DNA from: Isurus oxyrinchus
Taxonomy: Eukaryota
Reading direction: 5' to 3'
Length of the DNA stretch: 64,000 nucleotides
Assembly: GCA_026770705.1 (NCBI GenBank)
Contig: JANJGN010000121.1
Span: 868,001 to 932,000, forward strand
The position numbers and the translations under genes were made by a program. Under the pieces are notes generated by a model that saw only the letters and a program-made list of their open reading frames with translations, searched no databases and was not told where the DNA came from. Positions 61,819 to 64,000 of the stretch are shown in pieces; the first letter of the stretch is position 1; each line of letters opens with the position of its first letter.

Positions 61819-62657
61819 GTGAGTTACNNNNNNNNNNNNNNNNNNNNNNNNNNNNNNNNNNNNNNNNNNNNNNNNNNNNNNNNNNNNNNNNNNNNNNNNN
61901 NNNNNNNNNNNNNNNNNNNNNNNNNNNNNNNNNNNNNNNNNNNNNNNNNNNNNNNNNNNNNNNNNNNNNNNNNNNNNNNNNNNNNAAGTATACACAGACA
62001 GTCATACACGTACAAACACATACACAGGAAAATACACACCCATCTCAAACACACACACATATTCATGCCCACACAAAGACACACACATACACGTACTCTC
62101 ACTCATGGACAGACATAGACACACAGACACGCATGCATGCGCACACACAGATACATGTGTGCATACACACACAAGCACACTCACTTGTGCAGAAACACAA
62201 ACACAAACACACACATACACACATGTGAGTTCCGTGTCCTCTCTCAGTGCTGCACTGGAGTCTCAGTGTCATCTCCGAATCTGTGTTGAAAGAAGGTAAA
62301 CTCCAAATCAATAAGACCCTGAATTGGATGAGCAACCTCCTGAACAGAGAAATGTAGATTTAAACCTCAGTACTCCATCGATCAAATACAATTCATTGCC
62401 TGTCCAGCCCTTTGCGAAATCCTGAGGATGTGAAAGCAAGCTTCTTTCATTCTAGATGGACAACACCTCTACTGGTGGGAGAATGCAACTGCAGTGTGAC
62501 AGTTTACATCGGCAGTGTCAATTATAAATGTGCCATAAGACCTCATCGTGAGGGAAGTTACCTGGAAATGCATTCAGACATCAGATACAGAGAGATGATG
62601 CATGAAGTCTTGCTGTGCACTATATTTGCTCACATTAAAATCTTTCTATGTTTTTAG

Positions 62658-62939
62658 ATGCACCACGGAATCTCTCAATTACTTCTCTTGGTATGATTAA
62701 CTCTTCATCGATCAACATAATTGAGGGGAATTCTGCAGTGATAATCTGCTCTGTCGAGAGCTTCCCAGCTTCTAACCTGACGTGGCGACATCTTAATGTC
62801 CCAATGAACAGAACAAGTTCCAACAATGAGCTGTGGTTGGTGATTCCTCACGTTACATCCAGGGACACTGGAGACTATCAGTGTGTGGCAGAGAATGAAC
62901 ATGGAGCAGTGGAGGGGTTCATAACCATCACTGTGGAAT
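62658..62939 (+). CDS. Unit F C2b exon copy 7
   Basis: 282 nt, open; starts APRNLS. Confidence 0.88.
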
Positions 62940-63715
62940 GTGAGTTACTGCAAACTTCAACATCACTCTCACACAGACACACACACACACACACAAAAAC
63001 ACAACATGCACTCGTGTAGACACATACATGCACATTTACACACACAAACATACGCATGCAAAAATATACACAGAAACATACACACACTCAACTCACACAC
63101 ACACACTCACACATGCACACACATACACATACACATGTACACACATTCACTCATGCACAGAAATATACACAAAAACACACTCACATATGCGCAAACACAT
63201 ACATGCACACACAGACACATGCATGCATACTCACACAAACATACTCACATATGTACAAACACAAACACATACACATAAACACGCGTGAGGTCCCTCTTCT
63301 CTCTCAGGGCCGCACTGGAGTCTCGGTGTCAGCTCTGATTCTGTGTTGAAGGAAGGTAAACTCCAGATCAACAAGACCCTGAATTGGATGAGCAACCTCC
63401 TGAACAGAGAATGGTAGATTTACCCCTCAGTGCTCCATCAATCAAATACAATTCAATGGCTTTCAATCCCTTGGGGGCATCTTGAGAGTGTTAAACGATG
63501 TTTCTTTCATTCTAGATGGACAGCAACTCTACTGGTGGGAGAATGCAACTGCAGTGTGACAGTTTACATAGGAAATGCCCATTATAAATGTGACAGTAAT
63601 TTTTCATGAGGGAAGGTACCTGGAAAGGCATTCCAACATCAGATACAGAGAGATGATGCATGGAGTCTTGCTGCGCACTATGCTTGCTCACATTAAAATC
63701 TTTATTTATTTTTAG

Positions 63716-63997
63716 ACACACCACGGAATCTCTTAATTACTTCTCTGGATATGATTAACGTTTCATCGATCAATATAATTGAGGGGAATTCTGCAGTGAT
63801 AATCTGCTCTGTCGAGAGCTTCCCAGCTTCTAACCTGACGTGGCGACATCTTAATGTCCAAATGAACAGAACAAGTTCCAACAATGAGCTGTGGTTGGTG
63901 ATTCCTCACGTTACATCCAGGGACACTGGAGACTATCAGTGTGTGGCAGAGAATGAACATGGAGCAGTGGAGGGGTTCATAACCATCACTGTGGAAT
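63716..63997 (+). CDS. Unit F C2b exon copy 8 (gene continues beyond the window)
   Basis: 282 nt, open; starts TPRNLL; GT donor at 63998. Confidence 0.85.
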
Positions 63998-64000
63998 GTG

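Noticed and set aside
8998-64000. Assigning a gene symbol (CD33, SIGLEC1, CD22, MAG, SIGLEC15)
   Set aside because: Family-level motifs are clear but orthology cannot be set without phylogeny and synteny.

Overview
Vertebrate genomic DNA, most likely from a cartilaginous fish (inferred from the repeat landscape: CR1/L2 LINEs, Penelope-like elements and a 33-bp CAGTACTGACCCTCCGACAGTGCAGCACTCCCT minisatellite). The window is a + strand tandem cluster of Siglec-like (CD33-related-like) Ig-superfamily receptor genes built from a few recycled exons: a 5' non-coding exon, a leader (MIGKSYFLLSLLQ), a V-set exon with Siglec cysteines and the YFFR essential-Arg motif, a C2a exon and a C2b exon. These end in either an activating-type TM exon (Arg in the TM, 13-aa tail) or an inhibitory-type TM plus tyrosine-motif tail. 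Units seen: unit 0 (activating TM exon only, 861-1000); A (pseudogene); B (activating type, frameshifted V); C (intact L-V-C2a, TM exon deleted) fused by a deletion to D (V-V-C2a-TM-tail, own promoter and leader deleted); and F (L-V-V-C2a plus at least 8 near-identical C2b exons, running off the window end). The main signal is a rapidly evolving paired activating/inhibitory Siglec-like system with tandem V domains, a possible compensating cysteine and an expanding C2 stalk. Penelope-derived hammerhead ribozyme motifs lie in several introns. Exon boundaries were read by eye from AG/GT sites and reading frame; no database search was possible.
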